From assembly GCA_048213135.1 (NCBI GenBank), contig PS015400.1, positions 1-64,000 of the forward strand: a DNA stretch of 64,000 bases, read 5' to 3'. The stretch's first letter is position 1. Every line of letters starts with the position of its first letter. Under the pieces are notes generated by a model that made no database searches, had not been told where the DNA came from, and saw only the letters and a list, made by a program, of their open reading frames with translations. Positions 23,418-36,712 of the stretch are shown here, one piece after another. Origin of the DNA: Reclinomonas americana ATCC 50394. Its lineage: Eukaryota. Made by a program: the position numbers and the translations under genes.

Positions 23418-25963
23418 CAGGTCACCACAAGTGTTCAACCCGCTGGTCGCGCTCACATGCACCGCCACTACCTTCTTTGCAGCATTGCATTCCACCGGAG
23501 CCAGCAGGCGTGTTGTCTTTTTTTGCAAAGTGCTGCGCGTGCTCTCACTCTCACAGCTCCTGATGCAGCAGCAACAGTGCTGGCTCATTAGCGCATCGGC
23601 ATGCACTGAGCGATGAGATGCTGAAGTGGTTGAGCGAGCGTCGATGGAATGCGCAGCGTGGCGAGTGGGAGACGCAGTTGCCGATGCCGATTGTGCATGG
23701 TCGGCGACACTTGCCGCTTCTGTATGGGCGCTATGAGTTGCTCGGGGCACTGGGAGAGGTTTCGTGTCGTGCTGCGAGGAGGGAGGAAGGCGGGCGAGTT
23801 GTTCCGACCGTTTGCGATGCAGGGTGCGTTCTCGTTCATCTTCAAGGCTCGCGACCTGGCGGCTGTTAATAAGATGCCGCGTTGTGTGGCCATCAAGGTG
23901 CGCGGTGTTAGTGGAGAACACCGAGCTTTGCGCTCTTGTTTTTGTTGAGCTGGGCACGGTGCAGATCATGAAGCCGGGCGACGATGCAATTGGTGTGGAC
24001 GAAGCCGATGTGATTCGCAGGTTGCACCGCGATGCCGACGGCGCCGACATTAATGTGGTGCGTGTGCGGCGGACGTTTTGGGTCGATGGGAGATACTGCA
24101 TTGGTGAGTGTGCAAGTGCAGGTGTGCGATCGCTGCAGTGCTCAGTCGTTGCTGATCGCGTGGCAGTGTTTGAGTTGCTGCAAGAAACGCTCTTGTCGTA
24201 CTACCGCAGCATACCTGCACGATCCATTCCCATTGCCACGCTGAAAAAGATCGCTCTGCAAATGATGTGTGCGCTGGAGCTGTTGAGACAACACACGATG
24301 GTGCGTTGGGTGTTCTCTTTTGTATGCCAGCACCGCGCTGACGAGCTGCACTCTGCAGTTGCATGCCGACCTCAAGCCGGAGAACGTGCTGTTCAGTCGC
24401 AATGACAGTGCCGACGATGGGGGCAGCGGCAGCGGCGACGGTTCGCAATCGGCTCGCATCAAGATTGCCGACTTTGGAAACAGCTTTCGCTTGGACACGC
24501 GGTCGTTGTACTATGAGGATTTCCAGGTGCAGAGCCTCTTCTATCGAGCCCCCGAGGTGCGGTTGTAGTTGTTGTTGGTGGTTGTGTCGTTGTCTCTCAC
24601 CTCTGCGATCAGGTGCTGTTGGGGTGTGATTTCGGTTTTCCCATTGACATGTGGAGCGTCGGCTGCATTCTGTGCGAGCTGTACTTGACGGAGCCACTGT
24701 TCCGGTGTGCCACACCCACGGCCATGTATTTGCAGCTGAGCAAGTACTATGGCCGCAACTTTGCACGGCGACACTTTGCCAATGGCGTGTATTACCGTTC
24801 CTACGTGCCATCGATCATGGACGCTCAGGGACCGCCAAAGTTGCGTGCGCCGAGACTGGTTTGTTTTCCGAGCTGTGCACGACGGCACTTTACTCACTTT
24901 TTGTATGCGTGTGACAGGCCGCTGAGCCGTGCGGAGGAAGTGGGGCAGACCATTGCGACGTACAGTGAGATACTGGACTCGGGCGATCATCAGTTTGTCA
25001 GGTTTGTTTGCTGTGGAGGCGATGCGTCCATCCCCGTGCATGACCGTGCCCGACTGCTTGCGCGCAGTTTCATCGCTGGCCTGATGATGGTCAACCCGAA
25101 TGCCCGTCTGACACCGTTGGAGGTTTTGTTTCTTCACCCCGGCCAGTCTCACAATATTCTGACCTCTCCTTGGTTTGCAGGCCCTGCGTCATCCTTTCCT
25201 GTCTTCCCTCTGCCCGTTCAGACTGCTTGTTCCATCACCCGGGCAGCCCAGTGTGCTTGAACATGTTGGAAACCGACTGTCGGGTCCGTGCGCCGTGCTG
25301 GGCCGAGTGGCGTCATCGTCGTCCCAGGAGTCAGCGGCCGGAGGGTGAGCTCGCCACTGCCACTTGTGTTTCGTGCTTTGTCGATTTCACTCAGTTCATG
25401 TGTCCCGCAGTCCACACTTGTTGTCGCCACTGTCACCAATCGGATTGTCATCCTCGTTATCGTCTGCGTCGTCTTCGTCGTCGTCGGGCGCATCGCTGCG
25501 CAGGTGCGTGAGTGCGTTTGTTGTTCTTGACGAGTGCGACATCTTCTCACGCGCATTCAGCAGCGTCGTGGATTCGTTCCCTCCAGCACCAGCGATACCG
25601 AGACCTGGGCTACCGCATGTTGGCAACGGAATGGACGAGGATGGGGAGGAGGAAGACGAAGAAGTGGTGGAACTGCCCGTTAGTCGCCCAGCAGGAGCAT
25701 CCGCCGCTGCAGCCGCTGCAGCAATGCTCAGCCGTTCACCACAAGCTGGACCTTCGTCCTCGTCACCACCACCACCACCACCACCGGCTGCACCACTAAG
25801 CGCCGCCGCCTCGGCTCACGAGCGTTTCGCCAAGAGCGCTGTCGCTCGCATGATCGCCACAAGTCAGCAGTCGCACCAGCGAACGGCGCACGAGGCGGGA
25901 CTGCCTGACCCGATACCACACAAGAGGCCTGCGCACGAGTCGCAAGTGAGGAGCTCCAGCTAA
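23253..25963 (+). CDS. CMGC kinase, DYRK/HIPK-like
   Basis: YELLGALGE|GAFSFIFKARD, VAIK, HADLKPENVL, IKIADFGNS, QSLFYRAPEVLLG and IDMWSVGCILCEL, followed by a low-complexity tail. The start codon is uncertain. Confidence 0.85.
23370..23413. repeat. (GT)n microsatellite in intron
   Basis: Directly visible. Confidence 0.95.
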
Positions 25964-25997
25964 CGACACACTCCAATGAAATCCTTGCCAATCAAGC

Positions 25998-26436
25998 ATG
26001 TCCCGTCGTCGCTGCGGTATTCAACCAATCGCACTGATAGAAAGAATGAGAACATCGCTCGTGCCCTCTGACAGTGACTCGCACGAGTGCTACGCATGCG
26101 GTCGCCCATTTCACTTGCCATGTGAGTGAGATGACAGTCGCTCCGCACCCCCTCCATCGCCTCATCACTGCACACAGGCGCATCGTGCGAGTTTGAGTCC
26201 AGCACAGGGCCCTGCGTGCTGGTCACTGGCGACTGTGGTCACTGGTACGACTTGTACACTACGCATGCGCTGTCTTTTTCTCACTCTCTCGTGCATGCAG
26301 TTTCCACGCGCATTGCATCGAAAATCAGCAGTTGTCAGCATCACGATCGCATCACTTCATGTGCCCGCTGCACGACACCGGTACGCGACCGGCGCTCTGT
26401 GTGTGAGAGGGAGGAGACGTACGCGTGTCACTTGAC

Positions 26437-26468
<32 letters not shown>

Positions 26469-27023
26469 CAGCGGTTGAGTGGCACGAGGTGGAGAGGTCT
26501 CCGTTGCGAGCGGCACCTCCGCGACTTGTCGGCGGTAGCAGATTCGAACAGAGGCCAACTTCCGCACCGCCCATGCGGACAGAGGGCATTCCCACCGTGT
26601 GCCTCATCTGCCACACTCATTTGCTGGATCACTGTGCGTGAGGAGGAGGAGGCAGAGGGAGAAGAGATTCATCTTCTGATTTCGCTGCCATGTGCAGGCA
26701 TTATGTGCAAGCGCGATCCGGCATTGGCACACTTGTGTTCCGTGGCCAATGGCGAGTGTGGTCACTGGTTTCATGCACACTGTATCGAGTCGCACACCAC
26801 GTGTCCACTCGATGGTTCGTGGCCTCTCTGTGCCTTCACCGTGAAGGTTGATAAGGATCCTCACCAATCCTGGCTTGTAGGGCGACAGTGGACTGAGTGC
26901 ATTCAACCTCGCGACACGCTGCTGAATGATGACGACGACGACGATGATGATGATGATATCTACTGTAGAGTACCAATGGCGCCACCGCCCCCCATCGACG
27001 ATGACTTAATCGGCGACTTGTAA
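25998..27023 (+). CDS. Protein with two tandem Rbx1/Apc11-like RING-H2 domains and an acidic tail
   Basis: Spliced: CYACGRPFHLPCASC...CVLVTGDCGHCFHAHCIE...CPLHD...W, then CLICHTHLLDHCIMC...CSVANGECGHWFHAHCIESHTTCPLDGRQW. Both match the Rbx1 spacing CxIC..C..C..C.V..G.C.H.FH.HCI..CPLD..W. Confidence 0.8.
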
Positions 27024-27141
27024 ACCAGCAACGAAGAAAAAGCACGGTGCAACCACACTCTATATTCGTCTGGCTGGGCACCACATAACAAGCGGGAGGT
27101 GAAGGGAAAAACACAGATTGCTGGCTGATGGCAAAAGGGCA

Positions 27142-30100
27142 TTACTCGTCCTTGACGGCCTTCTTGCTGCCGCCAAACACGGCCGACTTGATGAGCCTGC
27201 CCACGGCACGCACACGCGACCAGAACGAGCGAGCATACACGGCAATAATGCCCTCCGACACAATCTCCGTCGCATTGCTGGGAGTTGGGTAGAGCATAAT
27301 ACCGGGCATGGGGATGCGAATGGGGAAGCGATCCGACACGCACGACTGTGCAGGTGAGCAGTGAGCGATCCATGAGCGTTGCGTGCTTCANNNNNNNNNN
27401 NNNNNNNNNNNNNNNNNNNNNNNNNNNNNNNNNNNNNNNNNNNNNNNNNNNNNNNNNNNNNNNNNNNNNNNNNNNNNNNNNNNNNNNNNNNNNNNNNNNN
27501 NNNNNNNNNNNNNNNNNNNNNNNNNNNNNNNNNNNNNNNNNNNNNNNNNNNNNNNNNNNNNNNNNNNNNNNNNNNNNNNNNNNNNNNNNNNNNNNNNNNN
27601 NNNNNNNNNNNNNNNNNNNNNNNNNNNNNNNNNNNNNNNNNNNNNNNNNNNNNNNNNNNNNNNNNNNNNNNNNNNNNNNNNNNNNNNNNNNNNNNNNNNN
27701 NNNNNNNNNNNNNNNNNNNNNNNNNNNNNNNNNNNNNNNNNNNNNNNNNNNNNNNNNNNNNNNNNNNNNNNNNNNNNNNNNNNNNNNNNNNNNNNNNNNN
27801 NNNNNNNNNNNNNNNNNNNNNNNNNNNNNNNNNNNNNNNNNNNNNNNNNNNNNNNNNNNNNNNNNNNNNNNNNNNNNNNNNNNNNNNNNNNNNNNNNNNN
27901 NNNNNNNNNNNNNNNNNNNNNNNNNNNNNNNNNNNNNNNNNNNNNNNNNNNNNNNNNNNNNNNNNNNNNNNNNNNNNNNNNNNNNNNNNNNNNNNNNNNN
28001 NNNNNNNNNNNNNNNNNNNNNNNNNNNNNNNNNNNNNNNNNNCTCTGTCGCACAGACCTTCTGTCGCGTGCAGCCCCGCAGACCCTCGACGCCGTTGAAC
28101 TTGCCGAATCCTGAGATCTTGACACCGCCGAACGGCAGCGTCTGGATCAGGTAGGGGATGCCAAAGTCGTTGATGATGGTCTGTGCGCGCCACAGACACG
28201 CTGGTGAGCGGTGAGCCACGAGGACTGAAAGAACTAATGACTCACCGAGCCGGCCACAAGTTGCTTGCCCATGGCCTCCGCACGAGCATAGTTGGTGGAG
28301 AAGATCGACGACGACAAGCCGTAGCCTGCATCGCATGGGTGCGTGCGCGGTGAGAAAAAACAGTAACTGGAGGGAACCAAGGACGACTGCACGCATCACA
28401 CCAGTGCTGTTGGCATATTCCACGACCTCGTCATCCGAGCTCCACTTGAGCACGAGCATCACCGGGCCGAAGGCTTCCTCGTTCACAATGCGCATGTCGT
28501 GTGTGCAGTCCACCAGCACTGCAGCATTATCATTCGAAATCAGTGACGAGCGAGGCTCGACAACATGCCACACTCACGCAACTCGTAGGCTCGTAGAACT
28601 GGCCGCTGGGGTAGGCCGGGTTGCGGCGGCCACCGGCAAGCACGCGTGCGCCCTTGCTGACGGCGTCGCGCACCAGCTCTTCGACCTTGCCGATCTGTGA
28701 CGGCATGGTCATCGCACCGAGATCGACACCCGTCGGATCGCCGANNNNNNNNNNNNNNNNNNNNNNNNNNNNNNNNNNNNNNNNNNNNNNNNNNNNNNNN
28801 NNNNNNNNNNNNNNNNNNNNNNNNNNNNNNNNNNNNNNNNNNNNNNNNNNNNNNNNNNNNNNNNNNNNNNNNNNNNNNNNNNNNNNNNNNNNNNNNNNNN
28901 NNNNNNNNNNNNNNNNNNNNNNNNNNNNNNNNNNNNNNNNNNNNNNNNNNNNNNNNNNNNNNNNNNNNNNNNNNNNNNNNNNNNNNNNNNNNNNNNNNNN
29001 NNNNNNNNNNNNNNNNNNNNNNNNNNNNNNNNNNNNNNNNNNNNNNNNNNNNNNNNNNNNNNNNNNNNNNNNNNNNNNNNNNNNNNNNNNNNNNNNNNNN
29101 NNNNNNNNNNNNNNNNNNNNNNNNNNNNNNNNNNNNNNNNNNNNNNNNNNNNNNNNNNNNNNNNNNNNNNNNNNNNNNNNNNNNNNNNNNNNNNNNNNNN
29201 NNNNNNNNNNNNNNNNNNNNNNNNNNNNNNNNNNNNNNNNNNNNNNNNNNNNNNNNNNNNNNNNNNNNNNNNNNNNNNNNNNNNNNNNNNNNNNNNNNNN
29301 NNNNNNNNNNNNNNNNNNNNNNNNNNNNNNNNNNNNNNNNNNNNNNNNNNNNNNNNNNNNNNNNNNNNNNNNNNNNNNNNNNNNNNNNNNNNNNNNNNNN
29401 NNNNNNNNNNNNNNNNNNNNNNNNNNNNNNNNNNNNNNNNNNNNNNNNNNNNNNNNNNNNNNNNNNNNNNNNNNNNNNNNNNNNNNNNCTGTCGGTCCCT
29501 GGCGCATCTTCTTCGTTTTCTCGGCCACCTCCTCAATGAAGCGGTCGTACACTGTGTCCTGCACGTAGATGCTACGAAGCCAACACCACTTCAGCCATGT
29601 GGCCGCAGCGCGTGGAACCAGGGCACGATGCTCACCGTTCTGCCGCCAGACAGTTCTGACCGCAGTTGGTGAACACGCCGCGCATCACGTAGCCCATGAC
29701 CTGCGTCCAGTCGCAGTCGTCGCACACAATGAAGGGGTCCTTGCCACCCAGCTCCAGCACCACGTCGGTGAGATTGTCGGCGGCGGCCTTCATCACACGC
29801 TTGCCGTTCTCGGGGGAGCCAATGAACAGAATCTTCTCCACACCGGAGCGCACCAGTGCCTCGCCCGTCACACCGTCGCTGCACGCAACACAAAGAGTGA
29901 GAAGTTGGCAGAGGGAGAAAGAAAGAGAGAGAGGGAGAGAGCACGTACGAACCCGAGCAGCAGCTGCACGAGTTCGGCGTCGTGGCCATTGCGATGCAGC
30001 GCATCTTGAATGAAGCTGAAGAAGACACGTGCCGACCATGCTGCATACTCTGACGCCTGTGGATGCACACAAACACACCCGGGTGAGCCAGTGGTCTGTT

Positions 30101-31385
30101 GATAAGCATCCCAGCGTGGCGACACCAGACCTTGACACACACTCCGTTGCCAGCGAACAGCGCCGACACCAGCGGTCCGTAGATGTTGTGGAAGGGGTAG
30201 TTCCACGGAATAATGGTGCCAATCACACCCAGCGGGTGGTACTCGACCCACGCCTTCTTGGTGACCAGCATCAGCGGCACAGCGCGCGGCTCCGGCTGCA
30301 GCGCCTGCTCGCCATGCGCAATCGTGTGACGCAGCTTCTCGCACGTGGTGATGATCTCGCCCCACTGTGCCTCCAGCACTGCACCAATCGTCACCACACT
30401 GCGCGCAGTGCATGCACGCACAATGCACACACACGCACGCAACTCGTCTTGCCAGTGTCCCGACACGACATCTCACAGATCTCCTCCTGACGCTCGACAA
30501 TCGCCTCCAGCAGATCCGACAGCACCGCACGACGCTGGTCGAACGTGGTCTGTGCCCACTCACGCTGCGCGTGACGAGAGCGCGCCACTGCAGCTTCCAC
30601 CTGCGCGCACACACAGTGAGACATCGCACGCACACACACTGCTGCCCCGCGTGTGTGCATCTCACCTCCTCCTTGGTCATGCACTGCACCGGCGGCCCGA
30701 GGCTCTCACCAGTAGCCGGGTTGGTGCATGTCAGTGTCTGCGTGCGGGGGAGAGAGCGAGAGTGAGGTGCGGGCATGGTGACATGTGCAGAGTGTGAGAA
30801 GTCAGCGAAAAAAGAGCGCGACGCTGCAGCTGAGGAGAGAGAGAGAGCGCGCTGCGTGGACGACAGAAGAGCGAGAGATGTGCAGGAGTGCGCGCGTGTG
30901 TGTGTGTGCGTGTGTTGGAGACGACGATCATGCGTCTTTCGATCGCTGGCGATCGAGAAAGGAGTGTGCATCGAGCGCAAAAGTCGATGCCTACAGCTCT
31001 TCCACGTGCGCAACGGCCGTGGGAAACACGGGGAACGTGNNNNNNNNNNNNNNNNNNNNNNNNNNNNNNNNNNNNNNNNNNNNNNNNNNNNNNNNNNNNN
31101 NNNNNNNNNNNNNNNNNNNNNNNNNNNNNNNNNNNNNNNNNNNNNNNNNNNNNNNNNNNNNNNNNNNNNNNNNNNNNNNNNNNNNCACAGGGGCAGACAA
31201 CGAAGCGTTTTGGCATGTGAGAAGTCATCGAAAAAATGAAAATCGCAAGTGTGCCAAGGCCTGCATCGAACCCGCGACGCGCGCCACAAGAGGTGCAGCG
31301 GAAACACACACTCTCGTAGAGAGAGAGAGAGAGGTGAACCACGTTCCCTCCCATAGGAACGCACCTTGCGAGACGACGAGGCCAT
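27142..31385 (-). CDS. Aldehyde dehydrogenase, ALDH22/Msc7-like
   Basis: TNPATGESLG, GEIITTCEKL, VEYHPLGVIGTIIPWNYPFHN, LELGGKDPFIV, catalytic NCGQNC, EEAFGPVM and LPFGGVKISGFG. Proposed first exon MASSSRK|gtgcgt at 31385. Confidence 0.9.
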
Positions 31386-31792
31386 CAGCGCGTTGCTCGA
31401 AAAAATAAAAATTGTGGGCGACGATCGATTGAANNNNNNNNNNNNNNNNNNNNNNNNNNNNNNNNNNNNNNNNNNNNNNNNNNNNNNNNNNNNNNNNNNN
31501 NNNNNNNNNNNNNNNNNNNNNNNNNNNNNNNNNNNNNNNNNNNNNNNNNNNNNNNNNNNNNNNNNNNNNNNNNNNNNNNNNNNNNNNNNNNNNNNNNNNN
31601 NNNNNNNNNNNNNNNNNNNNNNNNNNNNNNNNNNNNNNNNNNNNNNNNNNNNNNNNNNNNNNNNNNNNNNNNNNNNNNNNTTTTTCGATTTGATCCGATG
31701 TCTAAACACGGCAAGTAGTGGGCGTCCAGTTGACGTTCTCTTCGATCGGTTCACAGCTCTTCCGTCTCTCCCACACACACACACACGCCACT

Positions 31793-33694
31793 ATGAGCGA
31801 GGGATCATCATCTGCAGCGCCGATGGAGGTGGAGACGGTGGCCGACCGCATTCGTCAGCAGGTGAGTGTGTGGCGATGACAAGAGTGGCACGTGCACATG
31901 CAGATGTCGCGTCCGCGTGCCCTGTTTGTTTTTTCCTTGTCTCTTCTCCGCGTGGTGTTGCATGTGTCCATGGGCACTCTTTTCGCATGTACATTATGTG
32001 CGCGTGTTCTTGTGTGATTTTGTGCGTGCGTGCCTGTTCATGTGAGCGACATCACCCACCCACTCGCTCTCTCGCTCTCTCTCGCCCAGATCGAGTTCTA
32101 CTTTTCCGACTCCAACATCCTCACCGATCGCCACATGCGGCAAAAGATGAGCGAGGATCCGAATGGACGTTGCGTTTCCTTGGCTTTCTTTGTGTCATGC
32201 ATGACAAGGCGACTGACTTGCTGTGACAGGCGTGGAGATTGCACACATTGCCTCGTTCAACCGTGTCAAGCAGATCTCGACCGACCTGGCGGAGGTTGTC
32301 GATGCGCTCCGTGCGAGCTCGGAGCTGGTCGTCGATGAGGAAGGTGAGGAGAGCAGAATGAGCTCTGAGTCTCTTGTCGAAGCATCCCTTCAGGCAGACA
32401 GAAGAGAGAAAGGGAAGCAGATAACGCTGTATGAGGCTCGACTCGGCGAGATTGGAAGGCAGTTCGTGCGGCACCACTCGAAGAAACACTGCAAGCATTC
32501 GCGAGCATCTGGCGTGCTGATCACCTCTCCTCTCTCTCTGTAGGCAAGATGGTCGGCCGTCGCAACCCGCTGCCGGAGAAGTCTGACTCGTTCGAGCGCA
32601 CCGTGTATGCCAAGGGATTGCCGGCGGAGACCACGATTGATTCGGTGCAGGGTGTGTTCAAGCCGCACGGCAAGGTGTTGTGCGTTCGGCTACGACGCGA
32701 TCGCGCCAAGAAGTTCAAGGTTTGTGTCCATGTTTTTTCCGCCCTGGTGCCGTGCGATGCACTGACGGCTGGCTGGTCGAGCAGGGATCAGTGTTTGTCG
32801 AGTTCGAGAGCAAGGAGGTGGCGGAGCGTGTGGCTGCCAGCGACATCGAGGTCGACGGCAAGAAGCTCACTCTGCACATGAAGTGCGTACACGGTCAATT
32901 CTCTGTCCTCGATTTCGCCTGCTCATTGTTTTGTGGTTGCAGGCCCGCATACGTGGCCATGAAGAACGAGGAGCGGCAACAGCGCAAGGTCGCCAAGAAG
33001 GGCGGCGAGGCGTCGGGCAGCAATGGCGCCTCGGCGGCTTCGGGCTCGGGCGCGGGAGGCAGCAGCGAGGGATACGCCAAGGGCTCGCTGCTGAAGCTGT
33101 ACGGCCTGGGTGGTGTCGATCGCACCGTTGTCAAGACCGCGTTGGCACAATTCGGCACCGTGGCCTTTGTGGAGGAGGGCGAGGAGGGTGAGGGCGAGGA
33201 GAAGAAGGCGTTTGTGATTGCCCGCTTCCAGACACCCGACGAGTGCAGCTTTGCATTGTCGGTGTGTTGTCCCCGAAATACATGACCACTCGTTTCGCTC
33301 GCTCACTCAGTGTGTCGCAGGAAATCGAGCGTGAGGGACCGGAAATCGGCGGCCACAAGCCCGTCAACATGTCGGTGGTGGAGGGCGCCGAGGAGGAGGA
33401 GTACTGGAACCGTGTGAAGGCCGCACAGCAGGCCAAGCACGAGCGCGGTGGCAACCGTGGTGGTGAGTGCTCCACCACTTCAATGTTGTAGTAATAAGGC
33501 TGCAGCTGAACAGAAGAGACACAGGTCGCGGCGGTCGTGGTCGTGGAGGCCGCGGGGGTCGCGGTGGCCGTGGTGGCCGCGGCGGTGGCGCCGGACGTGG
33601 CAAGAAGCGCTCGCGCGACGAGGGCGCCACGGAGGACGAGCCACCACAAAAGGTGCAGAAGACAGCAGCAGCAGCCGCCGGCGGCGACGAGTAA
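31793..33694 (+). CDS. SSB: La protein (La motif, RRM1, RRM2, RGG tail)
   Basis: RQQ|IEFYFSDSNILTDRHM, IASFNRVKQI, RTVYAKGLP, KFK|GSVFVEF, second RRM GSLLKLYGL...EEEEYWNRV and an RGG-rich end. Confidence 0.88.
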
Positions 33695-33888
33695 TCTCGG
33701 CAAAAGCGTCGGAAGGGGCAACTGCGGTACATTGGAATGAAACAACGATCGACGAACTAAGTCAAGCACATACACGCGACTTGTTGCTTGTTCAGGCGCA
33801 GACACGAGCAGTGGGAGAGAGAGAGAGACAAGAGAGTGCAGAGACAGAGCAGACAGACACAGAGACAAAGGGGTTTCCCTCGCAACAA

Positions 33889-35957
33889 ATGAGCGGCGAC
33901 CTGGCATCCTCCGCGGCAGTGCCCGCATCTCCCGTCAAGAGCGCTGTTCCGCAGCAGTTGATGGTACGCCAAGAGAGACTCTCCCTCACACACTCACACA
34001 CAGAGAGAGACAAGCTCGCATTCACCACTCTCCCCGCGAAAAAAATGCAGTCGCATTCATCGGCCTCCTCCCTCCCGCGCTCTCCTCTCCGCCACCGCAC
34101 ACACCCCGCCTCCGTCACCGACAGTGTCGGCTTCCTCACAAAAGCCGACACCGCCAACGACACTGTGCCAGTGCCTGTGCGAGTGGACCGCGGAGACGAG
34201 GACGACGACGAGGAATCGTCCTCGGATGATGGCGCCGGGCAGTCGGATCCACTCACGCGCTCGCCCAAGCGCGGAATCGCCATTGCCGCGTCGCCTGCTC
34301 GCGGCTCACTGCGCAGCATGGCGGCCTCGGCTCCACTCGCCTTTGGCAGCGCCAATCCAGTGGGCGCGAGTGCCGACGAGGTCAAGATGCCGTCGTCGTC
34401 GGTGGCGGGAAGCAGCAGTCGCGTGACGTCGCGCAAGCCGCGCGGTGATGACTCGTATCGTTTGCTCGAGGGCACTGGTGGAGGCGATAAGCAGGGGCAT
34501 AATAACAATGTCGTCGTTGGTGGTGCTGGGGACGATGAGGTGCGTGCGCGCGTGTCTCGGCACACGTGACTTCGTAGTCTGACTCGGTGGTGATAGGGCG
34601 ATGAGACGTCAACTGCGGATTTGCAGTCGGCGACACCGCCGGCGGCACGAGGGTGGCGTCGGCGCTTCTGCTCGCCGGCCCCGCTGATGATCTTCTTGTC
34701 GATCATGAATATCATTGTGTACTACGATCGAGGTGTGTCTCCTGCTTCGCGTGTACTACTTTGGTTTTTTTGTTCCTCATGTTGATGTTGGTGCTGAACG
34801 CTGTAGGTGTCATGGCCGCCACGCTGACCAATGTCAAGGACGAGTTCATGCTGGACAACTTTTGGGGTGGTGCGCTCGGCTCGGGCTTCCTCCTCGGCTT
34901 CATGGTCTTTGCGCCGGTGTTTGTGAGGTGCGCGCTGCAGTCACCGCGCCCGCTCCGTTTTTGTGTTGTGGTCGCCTGAAATGATGACGTGCGCGGGTGC
35001 ACAGTCTCACCTACTGCATGTCGATGCCGATCATTCTGTGCATCGGCATGTTGATTTGGGCGGCCTCGTGTATCGGCGCCGGCATTGCACCGGATTATTG
35101 GACGCTGCTGGCGTGCCGCTTGATTGTGGGTGCTGGTGAAGCTGTTGCGTTGTGCACTACCTCTTGAACGTGCATCGTGTACGGTGCTCATTTCTGTTGG
35201 GAGAACAGTCATTCGCCGGCCTCGCACCCACCTACATTGACGACAATGCCTCGCCAAAGACACGCACGCGATGGCTGGCTGTATTCTACTCGGCCATTCC
35301 CGTGGGCGGCGCGCTCGGTTACCTCGGTGGCGGCTTCCTCGGCGAGAAGGTGGCATGGCGGAGTGCCTTTTGGACGGAAGGGTGTGTTTTGGCGATCAGC
35401 CCCTGCATTGCCAGTCACAGCACTCATTTTCTCTCCCTTCCTTTCCCTGTCGCAGAGTGGCCATGATTCCTCTGGCCATCATGTGTCTCTTCCTGCCCGT
35501 GGACCAACGCCACCCCGATCGACACAAGGGAGAGGACTCGGACAAGAAGTACACGGTGGGCCAGGCGTTCCGCTACTTGTGGTGTTCGCCGTTGTACATG
35601 ATGATCGCGTGGTACGTTGGCATGCCTTTTTCCTTCGTCCGTGCGTGATCGACTCACTCTTGCTGCACGCATCACAGGGCGTACGCGGCCTTCACGTTCA
35701 CACTGGGAGGCTTCGCGTTCTGGGGTCCCAAGTACGTGCAAGACGAGCTCGGCTTCTCCCAGTCGACGGCCAACCTCGGATTCAGCGCATGTAGTGTGGT
35801 CACTGGCTTTATTGGCACAGGTGATTATCGAGGGTGGATGATCGGATGAGCAACGGTCGCTGACTCTCTCTGTGTGTGCAGCTCTCGGCGGCTGGATTGT
35901 CGACAAGGACACGGGAGAGGCCACGGGCATGCTTGGTTTGTCTGCCGCCTCCTTACC

Positions 35958-35997
<40 letters not shown>

Positions 35998-36669
35998 ACC
36001 GTCATCTCACCCGGCGTCCACGTCGATGCGCAGCGGTGAAAAAATCGCTGTTCTGGACAGTGTTATTCATGGTGGTGGCGTTCCCTTTTGGCGCCCTGTG
36101 CCTGGCCTGGACCAACCCGGTGTTCTTCTACATCTTTTTCGTCTTGTGCGAGCTGGCCATGCTCATGACCACGGCACCGGTGAATGCCGGCCTGCTGTCG
36201 TGTGTGCCGACACCTCTCCGTGCACACTCGATGTCCATGTCGATTTTCATTGTTGCGTCTTTGTGAGATGGGTGTGTGTGTGTGACTTTTAAATGTTCTG
36301 TTTAGCTCACCCTCTCCCTGCAGATCCACATTGGCGGTACGCAGAACACATCATGCATGCCACACGACACTCACGCGCTCACTCTCTTCCCTTTGCTCCA
36401 TCGCAGGCGATTTCCCCTCGCCATTGTTGGTGGGCGCCATTGCGGATCACACCGGCTCGCTGCGCATCGGCATGTACATGCTCATCATGTGGTTAGTGTT
36501 TGCTCTGATCCTGTGGGTCGCGGCATGGCTGTACACGCGCCATCGGCTCAAGCTCGGCGATGTCGGCTTCACCATCAAGGAGCGGCTGTCGCCCGTGGCC
36601 GCCGCCGACGAAGGCGAGGCGCGAAAGCGTCTGCGCGACAAGACCGTGCGAACATACGACTCGCTCTAA
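33889..36669 (+). CDS. Spinster-like MFS transporter
   Basis: YYDR|GVMAATL, GALGSGFLLGFMVFAPVF, RLIVGAGEA|SFAGLAPTYIDD, WLAVFYSAIPVGGALGY and GDFPSPLLVGAIAD, with a long disordered N-terminus. Confidence 0.9.
35958..35993. repeat. (CT)n microsatellite in intron
   Basis: Directly visible. Confidence 0.95.
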
Positions 36670-36712
36670 TCGCTTTTTGTGTCTAAGGTTGTAATGTAGG
36701 ACTCCCGATCTC

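Noticed and set aside
32345-32543. Longer La intron as a possible snoRNA host
   Set aside because: There is no convincing box C or terminal stem, and the CTGA coincides with the branch site; an Infernal/Rfam search would be needed.
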